Positions 1 to 13,108 of a stretch of DNA of 64,000 nucleotides are shown here, piece by piece. The notes beneath the pieces were generated by a model. That model did no database searches, was not told the origin of the DNA, and saw only the letters and a list, made by a program, of their open reading frames with translations. Where the stretch lies: the NCBI GenBank assembly GCA_010093605.1, contig MU004197.1, positions 992,001 to 1,056,000 on the forward strand, written 5' to 3'. The stretch is from Lophium mytilinum (lineage: Eukaryota). Each line of letters begins with the position of its first letter. Within the stretch, counting starts at the first letter, position 1. Both the position numbers and the translations under genes were made by a program.

Positions 1-90
1 TTTCCTGTGGTGCGCGCGATCGTTAGCTTAGGCGGTTCCGTGGGTGCAGCGAGATCTTCGAGGCAGGCGCGTACCTTTTCCACCGGGCAT
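1..90 (-). CDS. HTZ1: Probable histone H2A.Z, 5' end only (gene runs off the window start)
   Basis: Minus strand ATG at 90. Exon 90-75 (ATG CCC GGT GGA AAA G), intron 74-5 (GTACGC...GCTAAC...CACAG), then GAAA. Spliced peptide MPGGKGK matches the typical N-terminus of filamentous-ascomycete H2A.Z. Only 7 codons are visible. Confidence 0.65.
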
Positions 91-2298
91 CGTGAATGGT
101 GTGGATGGATTTATTAATCCGAGAGAATGGTTCCTGAAATGATGGGGGGACGCGACCGATGTGGAGGCGACTGCAGGGCGTTGCAGCGGTGGTTGTTGGT
201 GGGGTGGCTGGTGGTGTTGAGGTTGGTGGAATGTGTTTGGTTTTGGGAGCGCGCTTTGGGCCGTTAGAACACAGAGTTTCGGTCATGTGACGACGACAGC
301 CCTAGGGACTGTGGATGGGGCAGCCGCGATTAGGCGCCAGCAGTATTTGCCACCTGGTTGGGCGACTTTGGTAAATATTAGGATCTAGCGGTGTGTTAGT
401 AATTGTTATTGCCATGCTGTGGACTCGCTGGGCGGCCTCAGGCTTGCAATGGGACGATTTTGAACGAAGCCGTAAACTCACTGATGGAGGCCTACGAAGG
501 ATGGAAAAGATCTTACCAGCCGTAAATGCTACCCGCAGCTCAACTGCCTGGCACCATACAGCGCCACTATGGGCGCATCTTGACTAACCTGATATGTCGC
601 TAAGGAACCCTTGAGAGGCTTGAAACTCCTCAGAAATACTAATGCTCCACTTTCGGCTACTGTAGGCATCTTCTTATCCTATAACGCGGATCGAACAGGA
701 TCTCTAAGTGCATCTACTAGGGCCGGTGGAGTGCAAAGCAGGGGATGTGCTCAATCTGGTAGTTTCTTGGCATTGCGGACTCGAAAGGGTATGCAAGGGA
801 AATGGAGGACAAACAACAACGAAATGATCCTACGGACACAGACAGGTGAAATGAGTACCACTTGCCTGTGCTAATACTCACAGAGGAAATCTCAGCTGGT
901 TTGACTCGAAGCGGAGCAATGCCCACAGCAGCTCTGGCGCTGCTGTACGAGGCGCTGCTCAACCGAGCCACCCAAGGGGGTAGGAGACTCGAAAATGTGG
1001 TTACATACTCTTTGAAGGAGGTCCATGGCCTGCTTCCAGGTGTTGACATGCGTGCCGCTCAAAAGTTGCGGCCTCGAATATCGATTTTTGGAGTTGAGGG
1101 TCGACGTCGAACAGCTCGGCAACCAGACACCGTTCGTACCTGTCACCCAATCAACGTCAACCGCAGCTTCAAACAAAACCTCGTCTCTCTGGACTTTCGA
1201 GCCTTTGGACAATTACAAAATTTGCTAAATGCAGCCACATCCAGGGCATCGATGAACTAGCTATGCTCGGCTAGTTCTAGAGAAAAGTCGCTAGGGTTTC
1301 TAAATTGCAGTCGCATATAGTCGCCATAATACTCGACTTGAGCATCTCGACTATTCAGTGTCTTGACTGCTTGTCCGCGGATACTTGCAGTACCACGATT
1401 GCAGTTTTGGTACCGGGAGCTTCGTCCGCAATTGCCTGAAAACGGACCGTCCAGCAAAGTCTACCTTATATAAAACATAATAAAAAAGTAGAGCTCGGTA
1501 AAAGGTTCCTACAAACAGATGTTACTCCTTGTACTCTATTACAGCCCAGCCACAACGTACGCGACTTCAATTAGCATTCAGAAATATCTGAGAGTGCCCA
1601 CAAGTAGCTCCGTTGGTCGGATACTCCAATCTGGGTTCCTCGTGCACTAGGTGCTGCTCGTGCTTTTATTTATATATAACCTTCTCTTACCAGAATGCTC
1701 TTGGTACCTGAGCAGCCGGCAGCCCCAGCGGCTACTTAGCGTATCGGCAACTGTGCTATGCTGCAGCGGAAGACTTGGCTTGAAAGGTGACGGATGATGT
1801 AGATATGCATTCACACGGCGGTAACACCTCAAACCAAGGGTGAGAGCAGTATAGCCGCAGAGCCCTAGCTCTGTTCCCTCGCTGGCGAACCCAGATCCGC
1901 CATGCTCGACGTTCAACTAAAGTGCGACTCCATTCACGCTTCACACGCGCACCTGTCAGCTTGGCCAATAGGAAGCCGGCAGGCGCTTGGGCCCGAGATG
2001 TGGCCAAGACCCATCTCGACACCAGGACAGCTGCAGAGTCAACCTCTGGAACACCACGCCCAGCTGTCGCGCGACGGGCCTAATTGTCTCTTTAATCTCG
2101 CGCATATACCCGCCCGTCCTCAAGTCGCTCCCCGTCCTGTCTCTCGCGTTCTCGCCTCGACCTCGCGCCCGATCGCGACGCCCCTTGGACATATCCGAGC
2201 TCTGCGTCTCGGCCAGCATCCCGCCGCACCCAGACGTCGCCGCATGTCCTTTACGCCTCGAAACTTAGACGCCAGGGCATTCGAAGAGAAGGCCGTTG

Positions 2299-5045
2299 AT
2301 GGCGTGGCAGTCGCCCTCGGCCATGAACGCTGGAGGCGCTGCCCAAGGAGGAGACAGCAATGGACCCGCCGGCACAGAGTACACGCTTCAGGGTAAGGCC
2401 CCTACGGCACCGAGCCTCTATTTCAAGACCCAGATGTCATCGCATCTATTGCGAGTGCTTGACTAACATCTACCACTTCTAGGCGTGATGCGCTTCCTCC
2501 AGCTGGAATGGCATAATCATGAACGGGCGCGGAATGCCTGGGACATCGAGCGGGCTGAGATGAAGGCCAAAATCGCCAAGCAGGAGGGAGAGATTCGAAG
2601 CTCAAAGAAGATGGACGAGTCGCTAAACAAGCAGATTCGAATGCTGGAGCAGGCATTGAAGAATGAGCGCGCGAAGAAGGCTGCCGCCGCGGGAGAGAAC
2701 GCAACAGCACCAGATGTCAAGAAGGACCTAAAGGGTAAGTCTGGTGCGGGCCCTGACTTCAAAAATGGGACAACCTTTATCAAGCGTGGGTCATCTATTC
2801 TCTGTACTTGTTTGCTGCTATGTTCTACACCTTGCTGACTTATGTTGAATGACAGCACTCAACAAACATCACAACTCCTTCCTCGATACCGAACCCGATC
2901 AGTCAGAAGGCGATAAGGAAGATCAACGCGAGAAATCACAAATGTACCTCAAGAAATGCGTCGAAGAAATTACATACTTGCTCACGCCTCCGGCTCACCC
3001 CCCGGCGCCTCAAGGAGGCTTACAGGCTCTTCAAAACTCTGGAGGCTTCGTAAACCAGGGCGATGCCTCAATGGAAGAAGTGTATCTTCAACACCGTCAG
3101 AAGTCTCAGCAGCACATGAACCCCATGGGCCTTGGTTCCATGCCCAACCACCAACCTCCACCTGTTCCCTCCGTATCCGATCTCCCGAACTTGACCCACT
3201 CGTCTCAACCTCCCCAACAAGCTGCATTCATGACAAGAGAACCGTCCGGGCAGCAATCACAGATTCAGCACTCTGGTCTACCGTTGGAATCTTTGGCATC
3301 GCACACGCAGCAATCACAAAGCAACCAGAACTTCACCTCAATCCCTGACGAACAGGTGGAAAAGGTTACCCACAGCTATGACAGCTTTGGCAATCCTTTG
3401 GCAAACCGCGAGGAGGAATTATCCGCAGCACGTGGCGCCCCTGCAGTGGTCGACGACCCTGAGGCCTGGAATTTTGAGGAGACTACAAACCCACCTGAAA
3501 CCCCCCCAGACTTGCCGCCACCAAGGAGGCCAGACACAGACGCATTCCCTAGCGCCAACAGTATACCGGCCAAATCTCCACCCCGTGGTGGTCCTCATTC
3601 CCATCGAAGGAAGAGTTCTGGTGCTACCTCCATGTCTCGACGTCGGAGTGAAGGACATGAAACTCGGGAAGGATCTCTTGGAACTAGGTCAGACCCTCCG
3701 ACTTTCAAGGTAAAATTCGCATTGCGGGGGCACCTCGACGTTGTACGATCTGTAATCTTCACTGGAGGAGGTAGCCCCTCCGAGCCAGAGATCTGCACTG
3801 CTGGAGATGATGGCATGATCAAGAGATGGATCATACCTGCCAGCTACTTGACTCAGCACGGAATGAACAACGACTTGGATATCCAGAGCTACTTCTCTCA
3901 CAGAGGCCATGACGGCGCTGTTACATCTCTCGCCGCTTGTCCCGCGTCCGCTACCTTTTCCACCGGAGGAAGGGTATCGGGCGACGGGTGGATCTTCTCC
4001 GGAGGCCAAGACGCTACAGTGAGGGTCTGGGAACGCGGGAGGGTCGACCCTAAAGCCACACTCGAAGGCCATACAGATGCCGTTTGGACTGTATGCGTGC
4101 TCCCTGCGACGTGCGCCTCTGTGTTCGGTGCGGATTGCAGCAACTACGGTGGCGCTGACAGGATACTACTCGCTTCCGGCTCCGCTGATGGGACGATCAA
4201 GATCTGGGCGGTGAGCGCCCCTCCTCAGCTTGTATCACCGCAAACGGGCTCGAGACGTGGCGTAGGCGGAAGTCGCAGACATTCAGTCACATCGGGATCA
4301 AACTACCCGTCCTCGCCGCAACCCAGCGTGGCCACCGCGACCCCGTTCCATTACATGCTTGTCCACACTATCGAGCGGGCGACGTACGCATCGCCAACAT
4401 GCATCAGTCCACTATCTTTGACCGGGGAAACGTTTGTTGTGTCATATAACGATTGTTCAATTCTCATATTTGATACCCGTACCGGGGAGGAGATAATAGG
4501 CATGGCGAGCAGCGAAACATACGACGGGACGCCATCAACAGGCGTGAACACTGTCGTTGCCACATCTGTTGGGCTCGATGGCACGATGAATTTAGACTCC
4601 GGCCGCGGGGCTTCTGAAGACGAGAGCGTCATCCATGGGGCCACCGGGTCGACCGGCGGCGGTGGAGTCGAAGGTGTTGTGATCACAGGGCACGAAGATC
4701 AATTCATCAGGTTCTTCGATGCCAACAGCGGTAAGTTCGAACTACCATATGATGTTCAAAGCTTGACTAACGCTAATCATCACAGGTCAATGTACTTATA
4801 GCATGCTTGCTCACCCGTCCTCGATTTCGTCCCTTTCTCTCAGCAAAGACGGGCGAGAGGCAGTGTCAGCTGGTCACGATGCGTCCATTCGATTCTGGTC
4901 CCTGGAGAAGCGCATATGCACCCAGGAGATCACCAGTCACCGCATCATGCGCGGAGAAGGAGTTTGCAGCGTCGTCTGGAGCCAGGACGGACGACTCGTG
5001 GTTTCAGCAGGCGGCGACGGCGTCGTCAAAGTCTTTGCGAGATGA
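2299..5045 (+). CDS. PRO11: Striatin (STRIPAK scaffold; PRO11/FAR8/StrA-like): N-terminal striatin coiled coil plus C-terminal WD40 repeats
   Basis: ATG 2299. Spliced [39 protein letters not shown] is the striatin signature (intron 2393-2482). WD40 motifs include [18 protein letters not shown] and [10 protein letters not shown]. Further introns near 2735/2786-2855 and 4731-4785. Ends VKVFAR-TGA. Confidence 0.95.
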
Positions 5046-6699
5046 AAAGCCACAGATACGCACAGAAAAGGTCGACCAAAATGAAGCGGGTTGTTTGCGT
5101 GGAAGAGGACCCGGATCTCATTACGCAGACTTTGTTTATTTGCGCCCCATTTTTCCCTTCTCTTCTTGTATGAAACTTTTCCTTCGTTTTAGCCCTTCGC
5201 ACGAGCAGCTACATTACGCGGCATCTTTGCGGTCCTGAAAATGCATCCACCACCCGTTGATTTTGCTGGACTCGTTTCATTCAGTCAGGGGCATTGCGGT
5301 CTGGAGCTGAGATTCGCATGTAGGAGTTGGGATTCTAGCATTATCGAGTTCCTGTACGATAGACGCGAGGCACTGAAGGAACCAGGGCCATCTGAGGAGT
5401 GGGTCTTTGGAGGCGTCTACTCCAGGAGACCAGAAATAATAATTTTGGAGCGTGAAGCTACAGCTTTTTGAGACAAGTATGCCGTGAAGAAAATTTCTCC
5501 TCTTCCACACCGGGAAGACTAGCCTGCTTGTGAAGCTAGCCGCCGCAGAGGCTCAAGACGCGTGGTCCGGCATGCTGGAGACGTGTGCACCTACGAATAC
5601 TGACCCAACGTCTGATGACGGTTCGAAAGCTTGGGACAGTAACTGCCACGTTCCCGACAAGCGTGCAGCGACTGCTCGCGTGGTGTTGAAACCACGCGGG
5701 AGGCACGGCAGCCGTAAGATCTCTCCTTTTCTCGGCATCTGGCTAACTTCTTTCACCACTCCAAATTCGTCATCCGCGTCGACCTCCTGCGTAACCCTCT
5801 CTTCCCCAACCGTGGTCCTGCCCTGCCTGAATGGGGCTATGAAAGGCTGGCCCGGAAGAACCTCCAGAATCGATCTATAGTCAATTCTCGCGTCTCCTTT
5901 CCTCGCTCCGCGTCATCCAGAGGACGAAGCCTTTTAGAATTTTGACTTCTGAGTCGGAGCCTGTGTCGGCTCTCCTCTTTTAATACCGGGGCATGCTTGA
6001 TAACGACAGCATTTCGATTGGCTGTTGGCCGCATTTGGCAACCGACTCTTGCTGATGGATCTCCTGCAAGGAACACCGACGATTAGATCGCTTCAACAAC
6101 GGGGCCCATCGCTTTTGCCTGACAGCTGAGAACCCTGAAACACTCTTCCATGCTCACCGGAGGCCTCGTGCATGCTCGCGTTGGCTCAAAGTGGATCTGA
6201 TACGAGAGCCGCCGAGCCCAGAGACGACTTAGCATGTCGCTTCGATCACCGTCCGTATGGAGCATCCCAGGAGAACCGCTCCCAGAAGCTTCGACCTTTC
6301 TCCATCTGGGGCTCATCGTGGTCAAAGTTGCCAACATGGGCCAAGGAGTCTGTCTGGTGCCTGACTAACAGACCTGACGGAGGCTCATCCGTAAGGTAGG
6401 GGTCGATAGCGTGCCGCTTAGAACGAGACGAGATAATCACCATTCTACTATTAGCAATAACGCCGGTGATCTCTCAAACACCGATAAACAGACAGCGCCT
6501 ATTTTGGTGAACGGATCTCCACTATACTGTGTACGTCTTCGCGCTGGTATCTCACTTGTGGCTGACCTAGCCATCATGGAGCTTCATAAGTATGCGCCGC
6601 CTTCCCTTGCGATCTGCATCATCAAGACACTCACTCGTTTCGTGTCTCTCGTCTTCACTTCCAGTCTTTCGTTTCCTTGTGTTTTTCACTTGATTCAAG

Positions 6700-9060
6700 A
6701 TGTTGTCGCATTATCCCAGTCTTGCGACTGCTTTTTCTGCTATCTCAGCAACTTTTTCCCCTCTCGTTAATAATACCGCACATTTTACTTGCAACGAATC
6801 TTCAGTCGTTTCTTTCCCTACAGCCACGCCAACTACTCGGACATCTATCATCTATTCCACCGTAACAACATGTACGACAGCTCCGGTTTCTACATGCTCA
6901 GCCACATCCGACCATGAGCCTATCAATTACTGGGACCCTGCCAATCGAGCACCACAGCAACCACGCGGAGGTCTGCAGGGGTATCTATACGACGGCCCAG
7001 CTTTCCTGAAAGGCACCGACAGCCTGAAGCCTGCTCTTTCTCAATCTGAGACCAACGGAGACTCTTGCTGGGGCACTCTAGATGCTCCTCGTCTTCCTCC
7101 GTGGGTCGGCGCACCTGTTTCTGGAGGTTATACCTCTAGCTCTCCCTATGGCAACAGCTCATATGGGACTCCACCGTGGGGCAACGCGACAGCGACCGGA
7201 ACAAACCCATATACGCAGGCGCCACACACCAACGTCACCCGGTACTACGATTTCACGGTCTCCTACTTGGATATCGCGCCAGACGGGGTGAAGAAGCCTG
7301 GACTAGTGATCAACGGCGGGTTTCCAGGGCCTCTCATTGAAGCTAACTGGGGTGATTGGTAAAAAAGCTCAGCTGTCCTCCTAAAGTCAGAGCTAACAAA
7401 GAGCAGGATCGAGGTCAAGGTGACAAATTTGCTAGACGACGAGGGTACAACTCTGCACTGGCATGGCATTCTTCAGACGGAGGCTCCTTGGATGGATGGC
7501 GTGCCAGCCGTCCAGATGTGCCCCATCCCTCCAAACAAGTCTTTCACCTACAGGTTCAAGGCTGATCTATACGGGACGTCTTGGTATGCATCAATCAGAT
7601 ATTTAGCTACTAATGCGTGAGTCTAACATTTCTCCAGGTATCATAGCCATTACAGCGCGCAATACGCTGGAGGTGCCCTTGGTCCAATGGTTATCCATGG
7701 CCCAGCGCACGCTGAATACGACACTGATCTCGGGCCGGTCATGCTTGCCGACTGGTACCATCAAGCATACTACCCAGACGTTGAGGTATGCTTTCTTATG
7801 CCAATGGATATATAATATCTTCTCACATTTTACTTAGACGACCATGTCCACGGGCCCACCTGAATCGAACAACAACCTCATCAACGGCAAAATGAACTAC
7901 CCCTGCGCTAACACTACCTTAAGCTGCACCGCCGATGCCGGTATCAGCAAGTTCCGCTTCCAGTCCGGCAAGAAACACCTCTTGCGCATAATCAACACCT
8001 CAGCGGAGGCAGTCCAGAAGTTCAGCATTGACAATCACACCATGAGCGTCATCGCCAACGACTTCGTGCCAATTAAACCGTACTCTACTGGTGTATTGAC
8101 TTTAGGAGTTGGCCAGCGCGCCGATGTAGTTGTTGATGCTACCGGAGAAGCTGGTGATGCTTTCTGGATGCGCGCATCGATCAACGGCACGTGCAGTCTC
8201 ACTGATGGAATCTCCAACGAGGGCGTTGCGGCTATCTACTACGAGTCTGCTGATACTAATGACGTGCCGACTACTGTCACTCAAATGACCGAGGCTCAGC
8301 AGAACTACTGTGGTAACGATCCTCTTGCGAGTCAGATTCCCTTGTTCCCCTTAGCAGCTGCGGAGACCGTTTCGACGAGCGAAGATATCAACATCGAGTT
8401 CAAGAGCAACGGGACGAATTTTGTGTGGACGATGAACGATAGCTCCTTCAGAGGGGACTACAACGATCCCATTCTGTTAGACGTGAAAGGTGGCAACATG
8501 ACATTCGAGCCAGAATGGTACGTTCCACACCCGCTCTTCAAAACACACAACTCAACCTAACACCCCACAGGAACGTCTACAACTTCGGCACCAACAAAAC
8601 TGTCCGCATGGTCGTCTACAACCACTTCACCTTCGGCCCTCATCCGATGCATTTGCACGGACACAATTTCTGGACCATCGCCGAAGGCTTCGGCACCTGG
8701 GACGGGCACATCACCAACCAGGCCAACCCCTCCCGCCGCGACGTGCAGATTGTGCATCCAGCTCAGGACGCCGACACGCCCGCGTACATCGTGATCCAGT
8801 TCGAGCAAGACAACCCCGGTGTGTGGCCGTTCCACTGCCACATCGCGTGGCACGTGTCCGCGGGCCTGTACATCAGTGTGCTTGAGCGACCGGATGATAT
8901 TGTGAATGACATGCCGATCCCGGATTCGATGACCGACGCGTGCAAGGTGTGGTGGGATTATACCGATGATAAGTAAGTTCCTAACTAGTGCCGTGTGGTT
9001 TGAGGGATGGGACGCTAATTGGTGTGCAGTACTGTGAGGCAGATCGATTCTGGGTTATAG
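6700..9060 (+). CDS. Laccase / multicopper oxidase (AA1), multi-exon
   Basis: All four copper-binding motifs are present across exons: [17 protein letters not shown] and HCHIAWH (axial Leu in HVSAGL). The last exon ends QIDSGL-TAG (9058-9060), the ascomycete laccase DSGL terminus. About 5 short introns. The start codon is tentative. Confidence 0.93.
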
Positions 9061-9638
9061 AGGAATTGGCGAAGGCTTTCTCGGAGGACTTCTGGGAGGA
9101 TGGAGGTGTTTGGAGGCCTGGAGTACGGTGGAAAACTTTTGGATGGAGGATGATGCGAATAGTGGCTATTAATACTAGAAAATTTAATGCATAGCTACTA
9201 CTTTTGCAGTTTTGGTAGATTCTCTCGTGTGTCCATTATCGTATAGCAGATTGAATTTAGGCTTGGAGGGCCGACTAAGGCTAGGTCTGAGTACTTCTTC
9301 GAGAATTCTAGTTCAGGGGAGATGTGGAGTATGGAGGAAGATCTTTGTACAGTATTACGACGTAAGAAGGCGCACTCGTTTTTTTTTTTGGTTTCAACAT
9401 TGCTTTTATATATTATAAGACGCTCCGCCGCCCTAATGTGCGTTGACTTAATTTTGACATCTTATCTGAATTCATGTTCATGCGCTGAAGGATCCCATAC
9501 AGTAGTGCACAGACTCTTTTCCTGGCGCTGTAGGTTGGACGGCCTAGATAGTAGATACATATATCAACGTCTAACTACTAACTTCACTTCTACGGTCCAT
9601 CCATACTCATGTTGGCGGTCGCATCTGCTTGGACACTG

Positions 9639-11198
9639 CTAAGTTGTCCCGTTGGCGGATTCTGCCAACGTCATTTTGGAAAAAGGTACGCATTGCCTAA
9701 TTTCCTGCTCAGACATCAAGTGACGTGCACGTTCGCAACCATCGTACCAATTCCCAGGATCTGGTCGCCTGTTATCGCTAATGTTGACCGAGTCGTATAT
9801 CTCTTGAACCATGGCTTGGAGGTCATTAGGAAAGTCTATCACGGTGATCTTTCGAAGATTTGGAAGGCAGCTCAGAGTACTCTTTGCAAAGCCATCGAGG
9901 AGTCTTTCGGCTAGAGAAGCGGTCAGGGGCGCGATCCGGATCTTCAGTTTCTCTATAGAAGGTGGCAAGACATCGACCAATCTGGGTACGTCGGTGACGT
10001 AGCGCTCGAGCCCATCTTCAGGAATGTGTTCGAAGCTTTCGTCATCCCAATCATGCCAGTAATGGACCTCTGGGCCAGGGTCGTCACCACTTGGACCCCA
10101 ATATTGATCGTAGGAAGGATCGATTGTCTGGTGGATCTGTCGAGAGTCTAGAATGAGGAACGCCGCTTCAATGGACAGGTCCTTCAGACTGTGAAGCCTT
10201 CGAATGACTCGAGGGCAGATATGTAAATCTAAGTATGGCGTCTGTAAGGGCTTCCAAGGCAGACCGTGGATGTCCCTAGTCGTCAAAGAGAGGGCGTTCA
10301 GGCGATCAGGAAGGAAAGAGGAGAAGCTTTCATGAATCCACTCGCTACCAGTGTCGCCGGTCTCTCCATGCTCATAATGGAATGCGCGAAGATTGGGCGC
10401 TAGCTCTATAGCGTTCTTCAACAAGGTTGAGGGCATCCACGAATTGAAGAAGCGAATCTCCTCAACACTGGGAGACAACTTGGGGGGTTCGTATTCATGG
10501 TCGCTGTTGAATCGTCGACCGTTGGTCCACAACGTCTTTGCATTAGATATCTCGAATTTCCGAAGTGATGGGTGTCTAAGCAGTGGTCGAAAATTCCACC
10601 AATGGCGTTCGTCCCAAAGTTCATCCGGGATCTTGATTTTGATCGTCTCGAGCTTCCAAGGTCTTACTTGATATTTACCGTACGTCCATGCGCAGTGAGG
10701 GTCGTCGCCATCGTCATGCCATCTGGATAAAGCGATCCGGACTTTCTTGACGTTTGGTAGCATCCAGAAAAGTAGCCCGAAAGCATCGCTTTCTGTAGGG
10801 TGAACCTCAAGAAGGAATTGTGGCCAACCATCAGGTTCGTTCTCTTCGAGGTTATCTTGCGCCCATCTTTCGGTGGCAGCATCGCTCTGCCGTATAATTT
10901 CAGGGTCCCAGGCCTTGTCTGCATAAGTCCATTTTAAATTTCTGACGTAGTATGCAATGCGAGGGTTATTGTTGATAGCATGAACGAGGGAGGCGGGATG
11001 ATGCTTGAAATCCATGGCTCCATCAAAGACGACCTTCTCATAGTTGTTCACAAGGTCCCGATGCCTGGCAAGATAGTTTGTACCTTCAAGGCCAGCATGC
11101 ACGGATTTGCAGGTTCTCGCGAAGCTAACGGCATCGTGAGGATCAAGCATGTAGGCAATTAAGAAGACAATGTCTGCCGGCAAGGCTGAAAGGTCCAT
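9639..11198 (-). CDS. F-box protein with LRR-like C-terminal region
   Basis: Single-exon ORF. N-terminal MDLSALPADIVFLIAYMLDPHDAVSFARTCKSVH is F-box-like. It is followed by NPRIAYYVRNL and LxxL repeats (LPNVKKVRI, PSLRKFEI, PNLRAFHY, LPPSIEKLKI). Confidence 0.75.
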   Translation of the reverse strand: MDLSALPADIVFLIAYMLDPHDAVSFARTCKSVHAGLEGTNYLARHRDLVNNYEKVVFDGAMDFKHHPASLVHAINNNPRIAYYVRNLKWTYADKAWDPEIIRQSDAATERWAQDNLEENEPDGWPQFLLEVHPTESDAFGLLFWMLPNVKKVRIALSRWHDDGDDPHCAWTYGKYQVRPWKLETIKIKIPDELWDERHWWNFRPLLRHPSLRKFEISNAKTLWTNGRRFNSDHEYEPPKLSPSVEEIRFFNSWMPSTLLKNAIELAPNLRAFHYEHGETGDTGSEWIHESFSSFLPDRLNALSLTTRDIHGLPWKPLQTPYLDLHICPRVIRRLHSLKDLSIEAAFLILDSRQIHQTIDPSYDQYWGPSGDDPGPEVHYWHDWDDESFEHIPEDGLERYVTDVPRLVDVLPPSIEKLKIRIAPLTASLAERLLDGFAKSTLSCLPNLRKITVIDFPNDLQAMVQEIYDSVNISDNRRPDPGNWYDGCERARHLMSEQEIRQCVPFSKMTLAESANGTT

Positions 11199-11368
11199 GT
11201 CGAAGATCTGACTAATTTCAAGGTTGATGAAGATGGTAGAAGTCAAGATGCGGAGACTTGAGGTCCAACAGCACGTGATATCTGTATTATGTCATCACCC
11301 TAAGATCCAAGAACCTCAAAAGTCTCGAGGTATCACCGTTCTTTTTCACCAAGCATCTCCCGTTCACG

Positions 11369-13108
11369 ATGGACGATTTCTCCGCAGATGATGATGCGCT
11401 ACGCGAATACATGCCCATGTCATTTGGCAAACAAGCCCGGACTGCTAACATTCAGGCACAATTTGACCTAGCTAAGCGCAAGGTTGTCGATGAGAGCAAG
11501 CAGCCACCGGCGAAAGGCTCTAAACCTGACAAAGGCAGTGGCTCGGATGATTCAGAAGACGACGATGACGACGATGACGATAGCGAAGAGGAAGATGAAT
11601 TCCCAGTGTCTCACGAACTGCTCCTCAAGACGCACGAACGCGCTGTTACCACCGCGACTCTGGATGCCTCCGGCTCGCGCATGGTGACAGGATCGAATGA
11701 CTGCACGCTGAATTTCCATGACTTCGCAGCCATGACGCCTACGACAGTGCGAGCCTTCAAGACAGTCGATCCCAGTGCTGCGAAGAGCTCTACCAACTCC
11801 GAAACGCATCCCATCAACCAAATACTCTTCAACCCTCACTCCGCGAACCAGATCCTCGTTATAACGGCGCAGCCGCAAGCAAAATTATTCACACGTGATG
11901 GAGAGCAGGTTCTCGAGTTTGTTAAAGGGGATCCATACTTGCGAGATATGCACAATACGAAAGGGCACATTTCGGAGATAAAATGCGGAGCATGGCATCC
12001 CACCAACCGAGATGTTTGTGTAACGGGAGGCACTGACAGCACGATTCGAATTTGGGATGTCAACAACAAGAGGGAACAGAGAGACGTCATTGTACACAGA
12101 TCCAGGGCCGCCGGCTCGGCGGGGAGGACAAGAATCACAGCTCTAGCATGGGGGTCCCAAGCTCAAGGAGGAAACAGTCTTCTCGTAGCGGCAGCTTTGG
12201 ATGGGAGTCTCGTCATGTACAGTGGCGAAGGCCCATACCATCGCCCAGCAGCTGAAATCAGGGATGCTCATGTCAACGATACCTGGACAGGCGGACTTGA
12301 TATCAGCGCTGATGGAAGGTTGGTCGTCACCCGAGGTGGTGATGATACTATCAAGCTCTGGGATACCCGAAAGTTCAAGTCACCTATAACCACTGTGTCA
12401 CATGAGTCAACCTCATCACAGTATCCGACCTCAAATATCCGATTCTCACCAACTTCCTCTTCCGTAATAACCGGCTCTGCTACTGGCGATCTCCATATTC
12501 TCAACCCTGCGACTCTCCGCCCTGAACTCGTTACACCTGTGACTCTAGGCTCGCCGCTCATAACTGTTCTCTGGCATCCCAAGCTCAATCAAATCATCAC
12601 CGGATCCGGAAATGCCGAGACACATGTTCTATTTAACCCCAACACCTCTAATGGCGGTGCCAAAACCGTCATGAGTAAAGCCCCTAAGCGTCGTCACATT
12701 GACGACGATCCGAACCTCACCATGGACCTCGCTGAAGGTCTTTCGGGCGACTCCATTATTACCCCTGGAGGAATGCCTGGCACGAACACCGCAGCAACAT
12801 CGTTCTCAGCACGGCATCCAACCATCGGTCTCACCGCTTCTGGTAAGTCGCGTGATCCTCGTCGGCCACACATTCCAGCGACGACTCCATTCGCAAAGAC
12901 GAATCCCGATGAGAAACATATCCGAGATCACATCCCGTTGAGTAGCATGCGGGACGAGGATCCTAGGGAGGCATTGTTGAAGTACGCCGACAAGGCGAAG
13001 AACGATCCACTTTTCACGAATGCGTGGAAGCACACGCAGCCAGTGACGCTATATGGAGAATTGAGCGATGAGGAGGAGGAGCCCGAGGCGAAGAAGGCGA
13101 AGAGGTGA
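11369..13108 (+). CDS. WDR70: WD repeat protein WDR70 (GAD-1-like)
   Basis: 579 aa intronless ORF. Motifs MPMSFGK, FPVSHE, KGDPYLRDMHNTKGH, TRGGDDTIKLWD and EDPREALLKYA are typical of WDR70. Confidence 0.9.
   Translation: MDDFSADDDALREYMPMSFGKQARTANIQAQFDLAKRKVVDESKQPPAKGSKPDKGSGSDDSEDDDDDDDDSEEEDEFPVSHELLLKTHERAVTTATLDASGSRMVTGSNDCTLNFHDFAAMTPTTVRAFKTVDPSAAKSSTNSETHPINQILFNPHSANQILVITAQPQAKLFTRDGEQVLEFVKGDPYLRDMHNTKGHISEIKCGAWHPTNRDVCVTGGTDSTIRIWDVNNKREQRDVIVHRSRAAGSAGRTRITALAWGSQAQGGNSLLVAAALDGSLVMYSGEGPYHRPAAEIRDAHVNDTWTGGLDISADGRLVVTRGGDDTIKLWDTRKFKSPITTVSHESTSSQYPTSNIRFSPTSSSVITGSATGDLHILNPATLRPELVTPVTLGSPLITVLWHPKLNQIITGSGNAETHVLFNPNTSNGGAKTVMSKAPKRRHIDDDPNLTMDLAEGLSGDSIITPGGMPGTNTAATSFSARHPTIGLTASGKSRDPRRPHIPATTPFAKTNPDEKHIRDHIPLSSMRDEDPREALLKYADKAKNDPLFTNAWKHTQPVTLYGELSDEEEEPEAKKAKR

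Noticed and set aside
717..1457. ORFs of 100-130 aa between the H2A.Z start and striatin
   Set aside because: No recognisable domain or convincing splice structure. A degraded gene cannot be excluded.
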